Assembly (NCBI GenBank): GCA_016875915.1
Contig: VGOM01000001.1
Coordinates: 32,178 to 96,177 of the forward strand
DNA length: 64,000 nt
Direction of reading: 5' to 3'
Source: Chloroflexota bacterium
Lineage (GTDB): Bacteria; Chloroflexota; Dehalococcoidia; UBA2247; RBG-13-53-26
Of this stretch, positions 53,697-63,381 are shown piece by piece; the stretch's first letter is position 1; each line of letters begins with the position of its first letter. The notes beneath the pieces were generated by a model. The model was not told the origin of the DNA. It did not search any database and saw only the letters and a list, made by a program, of their open reading frames with translations. The translations under genes and the position numbers were made by a program.

Positions 53697-54494
53697 CTAC
53701 TCGATGCGCTCGATCTGGTACCGAAGCTCCCTGGCCGGGGCGATCACCCTGACCGAGGCGCCGCAGGCCTGGTTGAGAAGGGCCTTGCCGATGGGTGAGA
53801 CGATGGATATCTTGCCGCTGACGGGGTCAGCCTCGTTCTTGGTCACCAGGGTGTAGGTCAGCTCCCTGCCGGTGTTCAGATCACGCAGGGCAACCCTGCA
53901 TCCCAGCTTCACGGTCAGGGTCTCCGCCGGCTTCCCGGCCTCGACCACGACACCGTTGGCGATGGTGGCCTGGATCTCCTGCATCCGGGCCTCGATATGA
54001 TCCCGCTTCTCCCTGGCGGCCTGGAGCGGGGCGTTCTCGCGGAAGTCCTTGTCCGCCGCGGCGAGGCGCATCTCCTCCGCCACGCGGATGCGGTCCTCCT
54101 GCAAGGAGGCAAGCTGGGACTTCAATTGGGCGTAGTCGTCGGAGGTCAGGGCGGTCTGCGGTCTGGCCGGCGCCGGGGACTTGGCGGTCTTGGAGGGGGC
54201 CTGCTTGATCCTGAGGTGAGGGGCCAGGCTGGCCTTGATCAGCTTCTCTTTCCTGGCGTAGGTCAGCAGGGCCCTGACCGGCTCCAGCCTCCTGGCGGTG
54301 TCACCGCCCGCGGTGGCCACCGAATCGGCGTAGCTGGCCACCGCAACAGGGGTCATCTGGCTGATGCGGCGGTCCTTGCCGTACCAGAGGACGAATCTGT
54401 TTACTTCCTGCTGTTTCTCTTTTCTCTCTTCCGCCGGCAGTGAAGTGAGGAAGGCAAGCGCTGCTTCCTCCAGACTCAAGTCGGGTTTGTCCAT
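53697..54494 (-). CDS. GreA/GreB-family protein with long N-terminal extension
   Basis: C-terminal GreA FKBP-like domain (V.LG..V.L.DL..G.E..Y.LV...EADP..GKIS..SP.G.AL) preceded by a coiled coil and an extra domain of about 100 aa. Confidence 0.8.
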   Translation of the reverse strand: MDKPDLSLEEAALAFLTSLPAEERKEKQQEVNRFVLWYGKDRRISQMTPVAVASYADSVATAGGDTARRLEPVRALLTYARKEKLIKASLAPHLRIKQAPSKTAKSPAPARPQTALTSDDYAQLKSQLASLQEDRIRVAEEMRLAAADKDFRENAPLQAAREKRDHIEARMQEIQATIANGVVVEAGKPAETLTVKLGCRVALRDLNTGRELTYTLVTKNEADPVSGKISIVSPIGKALLNQACGASVRVIAPARELRYQIERIE

Positions 54495-54533
54495 GCCTTA
54501 CCGGCCCCAATTGTATCACAGGCGGGGCAGGGC

Positions 54534-55268
54534 CTACCACCCCAGGCTGAGGCGGTTGATGAGGCGCGCCGGCAGGCCGGCCTGCCTCATGCTCTGCTGG
54601 GTGGCGGCGATGTCATAGGCAATGCGGTGGTGCTGGATTGCGCCCGCCTCCGTGTCGAGGATGGCGTAGCTGGCCCGCGGGTCGCCATCCCTGGGCTGGC
54701 CCACGCTGCCGCAGTTGATGATGAGCCGCTTCCCCTCCCCATCCAGCGACAGCTGGCCCGGAAGCTGGCGGTAGAGGCAGTCGCCCTCCCGGCCCAGCTC
54801 GAAGATCAGGGGCGCGTGGGAGTGCCCGATGAGGCAGAACCTGGTCTCGAAATGGCCGAAGTTCTCCTCTGCCGACCGGACGGAGAGGACGTACTCCCAG
54901 ATCGGCTCCCGGGGACTGCCGTGGACCAGCGTGAAGTCCCCCTGGGGGAGGGTCAGGGGCAGGCCGCGCAGGTACCTGACGTCGTCCGGGGTGAGGCGCT
55001 CGGCCGTCCAGCGGCAGGCGGCGGCGGCATCGGGATTGAAATGCGAGGTATCGATGTTGCCTGCGGCCGCCCAGTCGTGGTTGCCCGCCACGCAGAGGTG
55101 GTCGTGCCGGCGCAGCAGAGCGAGGCACTCGCGGGGGTGCGGTCCGTAGCCCACCGTATCACCCAGGCACCAGATGCGGTCGGCGGCCCCCCTCCGCTGG
55201 AGATCCTCCAGCACCGCCTGGAAGGCGGCCAGGTTGCCATGGATGTCGGCCAGAATGGCACAGCGCAT
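54534..55268 (-). CDS. metallophosphoesterase family protein
   Basis: Calcineurin-like motifs: DIHGN, GD.VGYG, GNHD, and GH(S)H. Confidence 0.9.
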   Translation of the reverse strand: MRCAILADIHGNLAAFQAVLEDLQRRGAADRIWCLGDTVGYGPHPRECLALLRRHDHLCVAGNHDWAAAGNIDTSHFNPDAAAACRWTAERLTPDDVRYLRGLPLTLPQGDFTLVHGSPREPIWEYVLSVRSAEENFGHFETRFCLIGHSHAPLIFELGREGDCLYRQLPGQLSLDGEGKRLIINCGSVGQPRDGDPRASYAILDTEAGAIQHHRIAYDIAATQQSMRQAGLPARLINRLSLGW

Positions 55269-55347
55269 GTCGCAGCCCGGCCAACTATATCAGGTCCCCC
55301 GGGGCCTTGGCCACCGCCAAGCCGATGGGGTGGCTCGGGGCCAGCAA

Positions 55348-55376
55348 TTGAGGGGGCCTGTTCCATTGGCTATAAT
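55348..55376 (+). promoter_or_regulatory. sigma70-type promoter (TTGAGG - 17 nt - TATAAT) placing the TSS at or next to the thiL ATG (leaderless)
   Basis: TTGAGG at 55348-55353, TATAAT at 55371-55376, ATG at 55384. The gap is 7 nt with no SD. Confidence 0.55.
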
Positions 55377-55383
55377 CTTGCCC

Positions 55384-56391
55384 ATGAAGGTCTCCGAGGT
55401 GGGTGAGTTTGGGCTGATCAAGCTTCTGGCGGAGCTGGTCCCCGGCGACAGCGGCGACCATCGGGTGCTGGCGGGCATCGGGGATGACGCCGCGGCCTGG
55501 GCGGGCGACGATGGTGTTGTCCTGGCCACCACCGACGCCCTTGTTGAGGGGGTGCATTTCACGGTGGGCAGCCCCTGGAGGGAGGTGGGCTGGAAGGCGG
55601 TGGCCGTGAACCTGAGCGACATTGCCGCCATGGGGGGTGCCCCCCGCTACTGCCTGGTGGCCCTGGCTCTGCCGGCCGACGCCGAGGTGGACCACGTCGT
55701 GGAACTGTACCGGGGGATAGCGGAGGCGGCCGGCAGGTTCAACGTGGCGGTGGTCGGCGGGAATGTCACCCGGGCGCCGGGGGTCACCGTCACGCTGACC
55801 GTCATCGGCCGGGGGCAGGACGAAGGCATCCTGACCCGGTCGGGGGCGCTGGCCGGGGAGCAGGTGGCCGTCACCGGCTGGCTGGGCTCGGCGGCGGCAG
55901 GACTGCGGATGCTCAGTGCAGGGCTGAAGCTGACTGCAGAGACTGAGGCTCTGTTGAAGAGGGCCTATCTTCTGCCCCAGCCCAGGGTGGCTCAGGGACG
56001 GCTGCTGGTTCAATGCGGGGTGCGGGCGGCCATCGACGTCAGCGATGGACTAGTGGCCGACATGGGCCACATCTGCCAGGCCAGCGGGACGGGGGCCAGT
56101 TTGGAAGTGGACCGGGTGCCCATCCATCCCCTGATGAAGGCGGCCTTCCCGGGGGAGTGTCTCCATCTGGCTCTGACCGGGGGAGAGGACTACGAGTTGT
56201 TGTTCACCGCCGGGAAGGACAATATGGACGGCATCAAGGCCATGCTTGAGGCATTGCCCGGGGGGGATGACTGCCCGGTGACCGTCATCGGTGAGATCAC
56301 CGGGGAACCGGGGGTATCCCTGTTCCGGGCGGCTGGGCGGCCCTACCGGCCGGAGGGGCAGGGATGGGACCATTTCAAGAAAGGGGGATAG
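55384..56391 (+). CDS. thiL: thiamine-monophosphate kinase
   Basis: GEFGLI, GDDAA, and the AIR-synthase-like fold blocks of ThiL. The ORF from 55174 is an upstream extension overlapping the divergent gene. Confidence 0.93.
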   Translation: MKVSEVGEFGLIKLLAELVPGDSGDHRVLAGIGDDAAAWAGDDGVVLATTDALVEGVHFTVGSPWREVGWKAVAVNLSDIAAMGGAPRYCLVALALPADAEVDHVVELYRGIAEAAGRFNVAVVGGNVTRAPGVTVTLTVIGRGQDEGILTRSGALAGEQVAVTGWLGSAAAGLRMLSAGLKLTAETEALLKRAYLLPQPRVAQGRLLVQCGVRAAIDVSDGLVADMGHICQASGTGASLEVDRVPIHPLMKAAFPGECLHLALTGGEDYELLFTAGKDNMDGIKAMLEALPGGDDCPVTVIGEITGEPGVSLFRAAGRPYRPEGQGWDHFKKGG

Positions 56392-56395
56392 CACA

Positions 56396-56797
56396 TTGAG
56401 AACTCTGGTTCTGGTCAAACCCGATGGAGTGCGCAGGGGGCTCATCGGAGAGATCGTCTCCCGCATAGAGAGGAAGGGACTGAAGATCGCGGCCCTGAGG
56501 ATGCTGCAGATGGACAGGGCCCTGGCCAGGCGGCACTACGCGGTGCATGAAGGGAAGCCGTTCTTCAACGAACTGGTGGACTTCATAACCTCGGGTCCGG
56601 TGGTGGCCATAGTGCTCGAAGGCGAGCGGGCCGTGGACGTGGTGCGGACCATGATGGGTGATACCGACCCCAAGAAGGCCGCCCCGGGGACAATCAGGGG
56701 TGACTTCGGCATGGACATCGGGCAGAATCTGATCCACGGCTCCGATTCAGAGGAGAACGCCCGGAAGGAGATCGACCTCTTCTTCCCCGGGGCCTGA
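56396..56797 (+). CDS. ndk: nucleoside-diphosphate kinase
   Basis: [11 protein letters not shown] and the catalytic His context [11 protein letters not shown] start after an AAGGGGGA SD. Confidence 0.93.
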   Translation: MRTLVLVKPDGVRRGLIGEIVSRIERKGLKIAALRMLQMDRALARRHYAVHEGKPFFNELVDFITSGPVVAIVLEGERAVDVVRTMMGDTDPKKAAPGTIRGDFGMDIGQNLIHGSDSEENARKEIDLFFPGA

Positions 56798-56809
56798 GCG
56801 CCGGGAAGA

Positions 56810-57640
56810 TTGGCGCTGCCAGCCGGAGTGACCGTGGCCCATTTCTCCCCCGACTATGCCGCCCTGGACCGGCCGGAGCTGGTCCGCTTCGTCTTCTATC
56901 CCAGGAAGGACTTCAGCCGGCCTCCCCCCAACGCCGTCGACCACTTCGTCACTGCGGAAGCTGGGGTGGCCCTTTCGTGCCGCTTCTACGTCCACGACCG
57001 GGAGTCCCCCAGCATAGTCTACTTCCACGGCAACGGAGAGGTGGTCAGCGACTACGACTACATCGCCCCCATCTACGCCAGTCAGGCGGGAGCGAACCTC
57101 TTCGTGGCCGACTACCGGGGCTACGGCGCCAGCGGGGGCCGCCCCACCTTCAGCAGCATGGTGGCCGACGCCCACCGGGTATTTGAGGACTTCCTGGCCA
57201 TCAGGGGCCAAGGCGGCCACACCGGCGGCATCTTCGTCATGGGCCGTTCGCTGGGCAGCGTCTCGGCCATCGAGCTGGCTTCAGGCTATCACGACAGGGT
57301 GGACGGCCTGATCGTGGAGAGCGGCTTCGCCAGCACCGTGAGGCTGATGACCCGTCTGGGTTTCCCGGAGGAGCGCCTGGGCATACGGGACCCGGGGTTC
57401 CCCAATCTCTCCCGGATACGGACGGTGACACTGCCCACCCTGATCCTCCATGGCCAGTACGACAGCCTGATCCCTCTGGAGGAGGGTGAGGACCTCTTCG
57501 CCGCTTCGCCTGCCGGCGACAAGCGGCTGGTGATCATTCCCGAGGCCGGTCACAACGACATCATGGTGGCCGACATGCCGGCCTACTTCGGGGCCATCCG
57601 GGAGTTCGTCCTCAGGCCCAGTCGCGGGGGAAGGCCATGA
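56810..57640 (+). CDS. alpha/beta hydrolase
   Basis: HGNGE oxyanion region, nucleophile elbow GRSLGS, and C-terminal D...H (GHND). Confidence 0.85.
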   Translation: MALPAGVTVAHFSPDYAALDRPELVRFVFYPRKDFSRPPPNAVDHFVTAEAGVALSCRFYVHDRESPSIVYFHGNGEVVSDYDYIAPIYASQAGANLFVADYRGYGASGGRPTFSSMVADAHRVFEDFLAIRGQGGHTGGIFVMGRSLGSVSAIELASGYHDRVDGLIVESGFASTVRLMTRLGFPEERLGIRDPGFPNLSRIRTVTLPTLILHGQYDSLIPLEEGEDLFAASPAGDKRLVIIPEAGHNDIMVADMPAYFGAIREFVLRPSRGGRP

Positions 57641-58541
57641 CCTCGTCGATGGAGGCCGCATCGCAGAAGAGCATCACCAGGCGGTCCACCCCCAGCGCGA
57701 TGCCGCCGCAGACGGGCAGGGAGGCGGTGGCATCGAGGAACCTCCGGGGCATGGGGAGGTCGGGGCCCCCCTCGGCCCGACGCCGCTCCATCTCCGCCCG
57801 GAAACGCCCCTCCAGCTCGGCGGCGTCGGTCAGCTCGCTGTAGGCGTTGGCCAACTCCAGCCCGCCGATGAACACCTCGGCCCGTTCCGCCACCAGCGGA
57901 TCCCCCGCCTTCAGCCGGGCCATGGCCGCGCCGGCGGCGGGGTAGTCCGCCAGCACAGCGGGGCGGTCGGCCGGCAGGGCGGGCATCACCCTGTCCACCA
58001 GGTCGGCATCGAAGCGCCCCTCGTCGGGGTGCGAGACGGGGTCCCAGCCCGCGGCACTGAGGAAGGCCTGCCTCACTGTCACCCTGGGCCAGGGCGGGGT
58101 GAGGGCGATCTCCCTGCCCCGGTAGCCCACCGTCGTCCCCAGCCCCAGGCTGGCGGCGACGTGGAGCACCAGGCGCTCGGTGTCCTCGATGATCCCCAGG
58201 TAATTGGCGCCGTGGCGGTACCACTCCAGCATGGTGAACTCCGGGTTGTGCAGGCTGCCCCTCTCCCCCTTGCGGAAGCAGTGGCAGATCTGGAACATGC
58301 TGCCGTACCCGCCGGCCAGGAGCCGCTTCATGTGCATCTCCGGCGAGGGGCAGAGGTACCAGCCGTTGACCGAGAAGGGGGCGATGTAGGCTTCCGGGGC
58401 CACGGCCGGGGTGAGCAGAGGGGTGTCGACTTCGAGGAAGCCTTCGCCGCGGAAGAAGTCCCGGATGCTGTCGTGGATGAGGGCCCGGCGCCGCAGATTG
58501 GCCTTGATCCGGGCGAGGCGGGCGGATTCCTCTTCGGCCAC
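57612..58541 (-). CDS. epmA: EF-P--(R)-beta-lysine ligase (EpmA/PoxA/GenX; truncated class II LysRS paralogue)
   Basis: 309 aa. Class II aaRS core without an anticodon domain (FLEVDTPLL, FRKGERG..H.PEFTMLEWY, GGIALGVDRL). Lies 3 nt downstream of efp. Confidence 0.88.
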   Translation of the reverse strand: MAEEESARLARIKANLRRRALIHDSIRDFFRGEGFLEVDTPLLTPAVAPEAYIAPFSVNGWYLCPSPEMHMKRLLAGGYGSMFQICHCFRKGERGSLHNPEFTMLEWYRHGANYLGIIEDTERLVLHVAASLGLGTTVGYRGREIALTPPWPRVTVRQAFLSAAGWDPVSHPDEGRFDADLVDRVMPALPADRPAVLADYPAAGAAMARLKAGDPLVAERAEVFIGGLELANAYSELTDAAELEGRFRAEMERRRAEGGPDLPMPRRFLDATASLPVCGGIALGVDRLVMLFCDAASIDEVMAFPRDWA

Positions 58542-58544
58542 GGA

Positions 58545-59114
58545 CTACTTCTTGGTGCCGGTGCGTTCCACGTAGGTGCCGGTGCGGGTGTCCACCTTGA
58601 TGATGTCCCCCTCTTTCACGAACGCGGGGACTCCCACGGTGGCCCCCGTCTCCAGGGTGATCATCTTCTGCTGGGCGGTGACCGTGTCCGTCTTGGTGGT
58701 GAAGGCGCTGGCGGTCACGGCCAATTCCACGAATTTGGGCAGGTTGACGTCGATGATCCTGCCGTGCATGATCAGAATGGACACGGTGATGCCTTCCTTG
58801 AGGAAGAGCGCCTTGGGCCCGATCCGCTTCTTGTCGATAGTGTGCTGCTCGAAGGTCTCGTTGTCCATGAAGACGTAGTGGCCGCCCTCTTCGTAGAGGA
58901 ACTGCATCTCGTGGCTGGTGACGCTCACCTCCTCCACCCTGTCCCCGGAATGATAGGTGATCTCTCTGGCCATGCCATCGAACAGATTGCGCAGCTTGAG
59001 GCGGTAGATGGCCCGCCCCTTGCCCGGCTTCACGAAGTTGACCTCCTCCACCGTGTAAGGAGCACCGTCGATCATGAGCTTGGTGTTCCTGGCGACCTCT
59101 GAGATTTCCATCAT
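58545..59114 (-). CDS. efp: elongation factor P
   Basis: EF-P KOW/OB domains. The modification loop VKPGKGRA carries the conserved Lys. The start is at the ATG 59114 (or 59111). Confidence 0.95.
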   Translation of the reverse strand: MMEISEVARNTKLMIDGAPYTVEEVNFVKPGKGRAIYRLKLRNLFDGMAREITYHSGDRVEEVSVTSHEMQFLYEEGGHYVFMDNETFEQHTIDKKRIGPKALFLKEGITVSILIMHGRIIDVNLPKFVELAVTASAFTTKTDTVTAQQKMITLETGATVGVPAFVKEGDIIKVDTRTGTYVERTGTKK

Positions 59115-59274
59115 TGCTGGCGCACTCCCTGTCTCCTTGCAGTACCCGAAAAAAAGCAATCCCGGTCACGCAGTGTGCCGGGAATTGCCTTGGCTCCAGA
59201 TCTCAAATCAGCACTTCTGTCAACAGAGTGGACGGTACCGGCCAGTCGCGGAATTGCTGCCCCTCGTGGCCGGG

Positions 59275-59730
59275 TCACAATCCGGCCAGCAACTCCGAGA
59301 CGACGGCATTCACTTCAGCGCCCTGGGCCTTTCCCTTGAGCTGGGCCATGATCTTGGACATGACCTTGCCCTTGTCGCCGGGACCCCGGGCCCCCACCTC
59401 TGCGATCACCTGGCGAACCACGGCGGCGACCTCGTCCCTCGACATCTGCTGGGGCAGGTACTCCAGGAGGACCTTCAGTTCTGCTTCCTCTTTGGCCACC
59501 AGGTCGCTGCGGTTGCCCTTGGCGAAGGCCTCGATGCTCTCGCGGTGCTGCCTGGCCTGCTTCTGGATGACGGCCAGCACGTCACCTTCGTCCATCGGGG
59601 AGTCCTTCCCCTTGGCGATCTGGGCGTTGTTGATGTTGGCGATCAGCAGACGGATGGTCGAGACGCGGGTCTTGTCACCCGCCTTGGTGGCCTGGTTGAG
59701 GTCGGCTCTCAGCCTCTCCGCTAAAGACAC
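59275..59730 (-). CDS. GatB/YqeY domain-containing protein
   Basis: L...L..A.KA.D..R..TIRLL...I... Confidence 0.9.
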   Translation of the reverse strand: MSLAERLRADLNQATKAGDKTRVSTIRLLIANINNAQIAKGKDSPMDEGDVLAVIQKQARQHRESIEAFAKGNRSDLVAKEEAELKVLLEYLPQQMSRDEVAAVVRQVIAEVGARGPGDKGKVMSKIMAQLKGKAQGAEVNAVVSELLAGL

Positions 59731-59754
59731 CCGGCCCTCTCCGTCGGTGCTCCC

Positions 59755-59952
59755 CTATCGCTCGTAGCTTCGGGAGCTTCTCCCGCTCTTCCGCCTCTTG
59801 GTGGCTTCCTTCTTCTTTCTCTTGACGCTGGGCTTCTCGTAGGAAGACCGGCGTCTGATCTCAGCGAGAATGCCGTCCTGCTGCACCTGCCTGCCGAAGC
59901 GGCGGAGCATGCTCTCGAAGCTCTCATTCTCGCCGATGTTCACATCGGCCAC
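59755..59952 (-). CDS. rpsU: 30S ribosomal protein S21
   Basis: [10 protein letters not shown]...GIL.E.RRR..YEKPS.KRK signature. GTG start after AGGAGGGGGG. Confidence 0.93.
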   Translation of the reverse strand: MADVNIGENESFESMLRRFGRQVQQDGILAEIRRRSSYEKPSVKRKKKEATKRRKSGRSSRSYER

Positions 59953-60099
59953 GTGTCATCCCCCCCTCCTGGCCAGGTTTCCCATCTTGCTGCGAAGGCA
60001 GTCATTGGCGCAACCCTGTATTGTAGCTGCTGACCTGTGATGAGTCAACTGCGACTTGGTCGAGAACAGGAGGGTCGGGCCAAGGCCGGAAGCGCGCCG

Positions 60100-61530
60100 T
60101 CAGGCGCGGGGGCCGGTCCCGGCCGCGGAGGCGGTGGATGGAGCTCCCATCCGGCGGAGTATCTCCCGGGCGGCGACCACACCCGAAGCGGAGGCCTGGA
60201 CCAGTCCGCGGCTGACCCCGGCCCCGTCGCCGATGGCGAACATCCCCGACACCTCGGTCTCCATGTTCTCCGTGAGCCGCAGCCGGCAGGAGTAGAACTT
60301 GACCTCCACCCCGTAGAGCAGGGTGTGGTGCGAGGCCACCCCAGGGCAGAGCCGGTCCATGGCCTGGAGCATTTCCACGATGTCCTTCAGGTGACGGTAG
60401 GGCATGACGAAGCTGAGGTCTCCCGGAGTGGCATTCTGCAGGGTGGGCTTGACGATGCTCCGCTCGATGCGCTCCGGTGTGGACCGGCGGCCCTCCTCGA
60501 GGTCGCCCAGCCGCTGCACCAGCACGCCGCCGCCCAGGATGTTGGCCAGGCGGGCGATGTACTTGCCGTAGGCGATGGGCTCGCGGAACGGCTGGGTGAA
60601 GGAGGTGCTCACCAGCAGGGCGAAGTTGGTGTTGCCCGTCTTGCGGTGGGCGTAGCTGTGTCCGTTGACCGTGACAACCGGGTCGCTGCCCCCCGTGGAC
60701 TCCAGGGTCACCTCGCCGCCGGGGCAGACACAGAAAGTGCGCACCCGGTCGTCAAAGGTCTTGCTGAAGTACTCCAGCTTCATCTCGTAGAGGGTATCGG
60801 TGAGATCTTCCAGCACCGTGCTGGGCAGCTCCACCCTCACCCCCACGTCCACGGGGTTGTTGTACAGCGAGAGCTTCAGCCGCTCGGCCTCCTGAACCAG
60901 CCAGTCGGCTCCCTCCCGGCCCGGGGCCAGGATGAGGTAGCGGCATTCCAGACGCTGGCCGTCCTCGGTCTCAATCCCCTGAACCCCGCCCTCCTCAGTC
61001 AGGATGGCCGACGCTGCCATCTCCACCCGGATGCCCACCCTGGGCGAGAGCGACTGCTGCATGGCTTTGATGATGTCACGGCAGTGCTCCGTGCCCAGAT
61101 GGCGGATGGCCACCGGAGTCAGGTGCAGCTCGGCCATGCTGGCCCTGCGGGCCAGCTGCTCCACCTTCTCGCCCACGCCGTACAGCCTTTCGGTGGCCCC
61201 GAACTGGAGGTAGACGCCGTCCACATACCGGATGAGCTCCTGGGTGTTGGCCTCGCCGAGGTACTCCTTGAGGTGCCCGCCGACATGCGGGGAGAGGGTC
61301 ATCTTGCCGTCGCTGAAGGCGCCCGCCCCGCCCAGTCCGCTGACCAGGCTGCAGGGCGCGCAGGAGAAGCAACTGATCTGCTTGTGGGAGACCAGGCACT
61401 GCCGGTCCTCCAGATCCTTGCCCTTCTCCAGAAGGAGAACGCTCAGGCCGGTGGCCCGGGACAGCTCCAGGGCGGCGAAAATGCCCGCCGGGCCTCCGCC
61501 GACGATGATGACGTCGTATTTCTTGGACAC
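60100..61530 (-). CDS. FAD-dependent oxidoreductase (COG2509-like uncharacterised dehydrogenase)
   Basis: Dinucleotide-binding YDVIIVGGGPAG at the N-terminus when started at the GTG 61530 (AGGAGA SD). Also a C-terminal GDGAG motif. Confidence 0.85.
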   Translation of the reverse strand: MSKKYDVIIVGGGPAGIFAALELSRATGLSVLLLEKGKDLEDRQCLVSHKQISCFSCAPCSLVSGLGGAGAFSDGKMTLSPHVGGHLKEYLGEANTQELIRYVDGVYLQFGATERLYGVGEKVEQLARRASMAELHLTPVAIRHLGTEHCRDIIKAMQQSLSPRVGIRVEMAASAILTEEGGVQGIETEDGQRLECRYLILAPGREGADWLVQEAERLKLSLYNNPVDVGVRVELPSTVLEDLTDTLYEMKLEYFSKTFDDRVRTFCVCPGGEVTLESTGGSDPVVTVNGHSYAHRKTGNTNFALLVSTSFTQPFREPIAYGKYIARLANILGGGVLVQRLGDLEEGRRSTPERIERSIVKPTLQNATPGDLSFVMPYRHLKDIVEMLQAMDRLCPGVASHHTLLYGVEVKFYSCRLRLTENMETEVSGMFAIGDGAGVSRGLVQASASGVVAAREILRRMGAPSTASAAGTGPRA

Positions 61531-61654
61531 AGGTTCTCCTGCGGCGCTCTCGCGCCACCGCACAAGATAGCACAGGATACTTTCGCAGCGCAAGCTTTCG
61601 CAGCAGGGACTGACTGTGATATGATTGTAGTTCGTGCCTCGCGACGGGAAGGGT

Positions 61655-62143
61655 ATGTTCACGGTCGGTGTTCTCACGGTGAGCGACAAGGGGTCCAGGG
61701 GCGAGCGCCTCGATGAGAGCGGGAAGGCCATTCAGGAGTGCCTGGCCCCCCTCGGGGTCCGCAACGCCAGGTACGGCATTGTGCCCGACGACCGGGCGGT
61801 CATCTCAGACAGGCTGAGGGAGTGGGCCGGCGAGGGTCTGGATCTGATCCTGACCACCGGCGGCACGGGACTGGCGCCCCGGGACGTCACCCCGGAGGCC
61901 ACCCTCGATGTGGTGGACAGAGTGGCCCCCGGCTTCGGTGAGGCCATGCGGGCCCAGGGCTCCAGGTACACTCCGCTGGCCATGCTCAGCCGCGCTGCCG
62001 CCGGCGTCCGGGGAAGGACCCTGATAATCAACCTGCCCGGCAGCCCCAAGGCGGTCAGGGAATGCCTGGAGGCCATACTGCCGGCGCTGCCTCACGCGAT
62101 GGAGACCGTCCGGGGTCAAGCGGCCGAGTGCGCCCAGACCTAG
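61655..62143 (+). CDS. MogA/MoaB-family molybdenum cofactor biosynthesis protein
   Basis: TVSD......D.SG and the TTGGTG..PRD motif. 162 aa. Confidence 0.88.
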   Translation: MFTVGVLTVSDKGSRGERLDESGKAIQECLAPLGVRNARYGIVPDDRAVISDRLREWAGEGLDLILTTGGTGLAPRDVTPEATLDVVDRVAPGFGEAMRAQGSRYTPLAMLSRAAAGVRGRTLIINLPGSPKAVRECLEAILPALPHAMETVRGQAAECAQT

Positions 62144-62161
62144 AAAGGCCGTTGAGACACC

Positions 62162-62908
62162 ATGCGCATCGACATACTTAGCCTGTTTCCCAGGATGTTT
62201 GAAGGCCCCTTCGGCGAGAGCATCGTCAAGAGGGCCGTCGACCGGGGCCTGGTCAGCATCCAGGTTCACAATCCCCGGGAACACACGCATGACAGGCATC
62301 ACACCGTGGATGACTCCCCCTACGGCGGCGGCGACGGGATGGTCATGAAGCCCGAGCCCATCTTCGAAGCGGTGGAGTCCGTCACAGGACTCATTGGCCG
62401 GGAGGCAGTCCCGGTCATCCTGCTCACGCCGCAGGGACGGCTCTTCAGCCATGACGTGGCTCAGGAGCTGTCCAGGGAGCCCAATCTGGTCCTGGTCTGC
62501 GGTCACTACGAGGGAGTGGACGAGAGGGTGATCCGGCATCTGGTCACCGACGAGATCAGCATCGGCGAGTACGTGCTCACCGGCGGGGAGCTGGCGGCCA
62601 TGGTGGTCGTGGATGCCGTGGTCAGACTGCTGCCCGGAGTCCTGGGGTCGGAGGGATCGGCCCGGGACGATTCCTACGCCAGGGGCTTCCTGGAGTACCC
62701 GCAGTACACCCGCCCCCGCGTCTACCGCGGATGGGAGGTGCCCGAGGTGCTCCTCTCGGGGAACCACCAGGAGATCGCCAGGTGGCGCAGTGAAGAGGCT
62801 ATTGAGCGGACCCTGCTCCGGCGGCCGGACCTCCTGGCGAAGGCGGTGCTGTCCGAAGAAGAGAGGAGTCTGGTGGATTCGATAAAGGCAAGAAGGGGGT
62901 TCAATTGA
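62162..62908 (+). CDS. trmD: tRNA (guanine37-N1)-methyltransferase
   Basis: [10 protein letters not shown] and the SPOUT knot motifs ([20 protein letters not shown]). Confidence 0.96.
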   Translation: MRIDILSLFPRMFEGPFGESIVKRAVDRGLVSIQVHNPREHTHDRHHTVDDSPYGGGDGMVMKPEPIFEAVESVTGLIGREAVPVILLTPQGRLFSHDVAQELSREPNLVLVCGHYEGVDERVIRHLVTDEISIGEYVLTGGELAAMVVVDAVVRLLPGVLGSEGSARDDSYARGFLEYPQYTRPRVYRGWEVPEVLLSGNHQEIARWRSEEAIERTLLRRPDLLAKAVLSEEERSLVDSIKARRGFN

Positions 62909-63363
62909 GCAACGATATCAGGTGGCTGATCGAGAGCAAGCGGAGGCCGGGCATCGCCCAGGTTCACCCCGGAGACAGAGTGAAGGTGGGCGTCAAGGCC
63001 AAAGAGGGCGAGAAGGAACGGACCCAGATCTTCCACGGGGTGGTCATCCGGGTCCGCAAAGGCGGCAACAACGCCAGCTTCACCGTCAGACAGGTGGCCT
63101 ATGGCATCGGGGTGGAGCGGACCTTCTTCGTCAACTCGCCCTACGTGGAGAAGGTGGAAGTGACCCAGCACGGGGACGTGCGCCGGGCCAGGCTGTTCTA
63201 CCTCCGCGGATTGAGCAGCAAGGCCACCCGGGCCAAGCTGAAGGCCAAGGCCAAGGCCATCGCGCCGGAGCTGGTGGCTGAGGAGGAGCCTGTCGAAGAG
63301 GAGGCCATCCTTCAGGAGCAGCCCGCGGAGTCCGCGGCCCCACAGGAGGCCGGACAGGGATAG
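62905..63363 (+). CDS. rplS: 50S ribosomal protein L19 (with Ala/Glu/Lys-rich C-terminal extension)
   Basis: GD.V.V......EG.KER.Q.F.GVVI......G....FTVR and YLR motifs. The TTG start overlaps the trmD stop. Confidence 0.95.
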   Translation: MSNDIRWLIESKRRPGIAQVHPGDRVKVGVKAKEGEKERTQIFHGVVIRVRKGGNNASFTVRQVAYGIGVERTFFVNSPYVEKVEVTQHGDVRRARLFYLRGLSSKATRAKLKAKAKAIAPELVAEEEPVEEEAILQEQPAESAAPQEAGQG

Positions 63364-63381
63364 CAGGGTGGAAAGGGAGAC

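Noticed and set aside
57583-59169. 528-aa minus-strand ORF covering epmA and efp in another frame.
   Set aside because: It is out of frame with two clearly recognisable genes and is extremely Gly/Arg/Pro/His-rich, so I treat it as a frame artefact of GC-rich DNA.
60037-61716. 559-aa plus-strand ORF antisense to the FAD-dependent oxidoreductase.
   Set aside because: The opposite strand encodes a protein with a canonical GxGxxG FAD fold and a good SD. The plus-strand translation is low-complexity.
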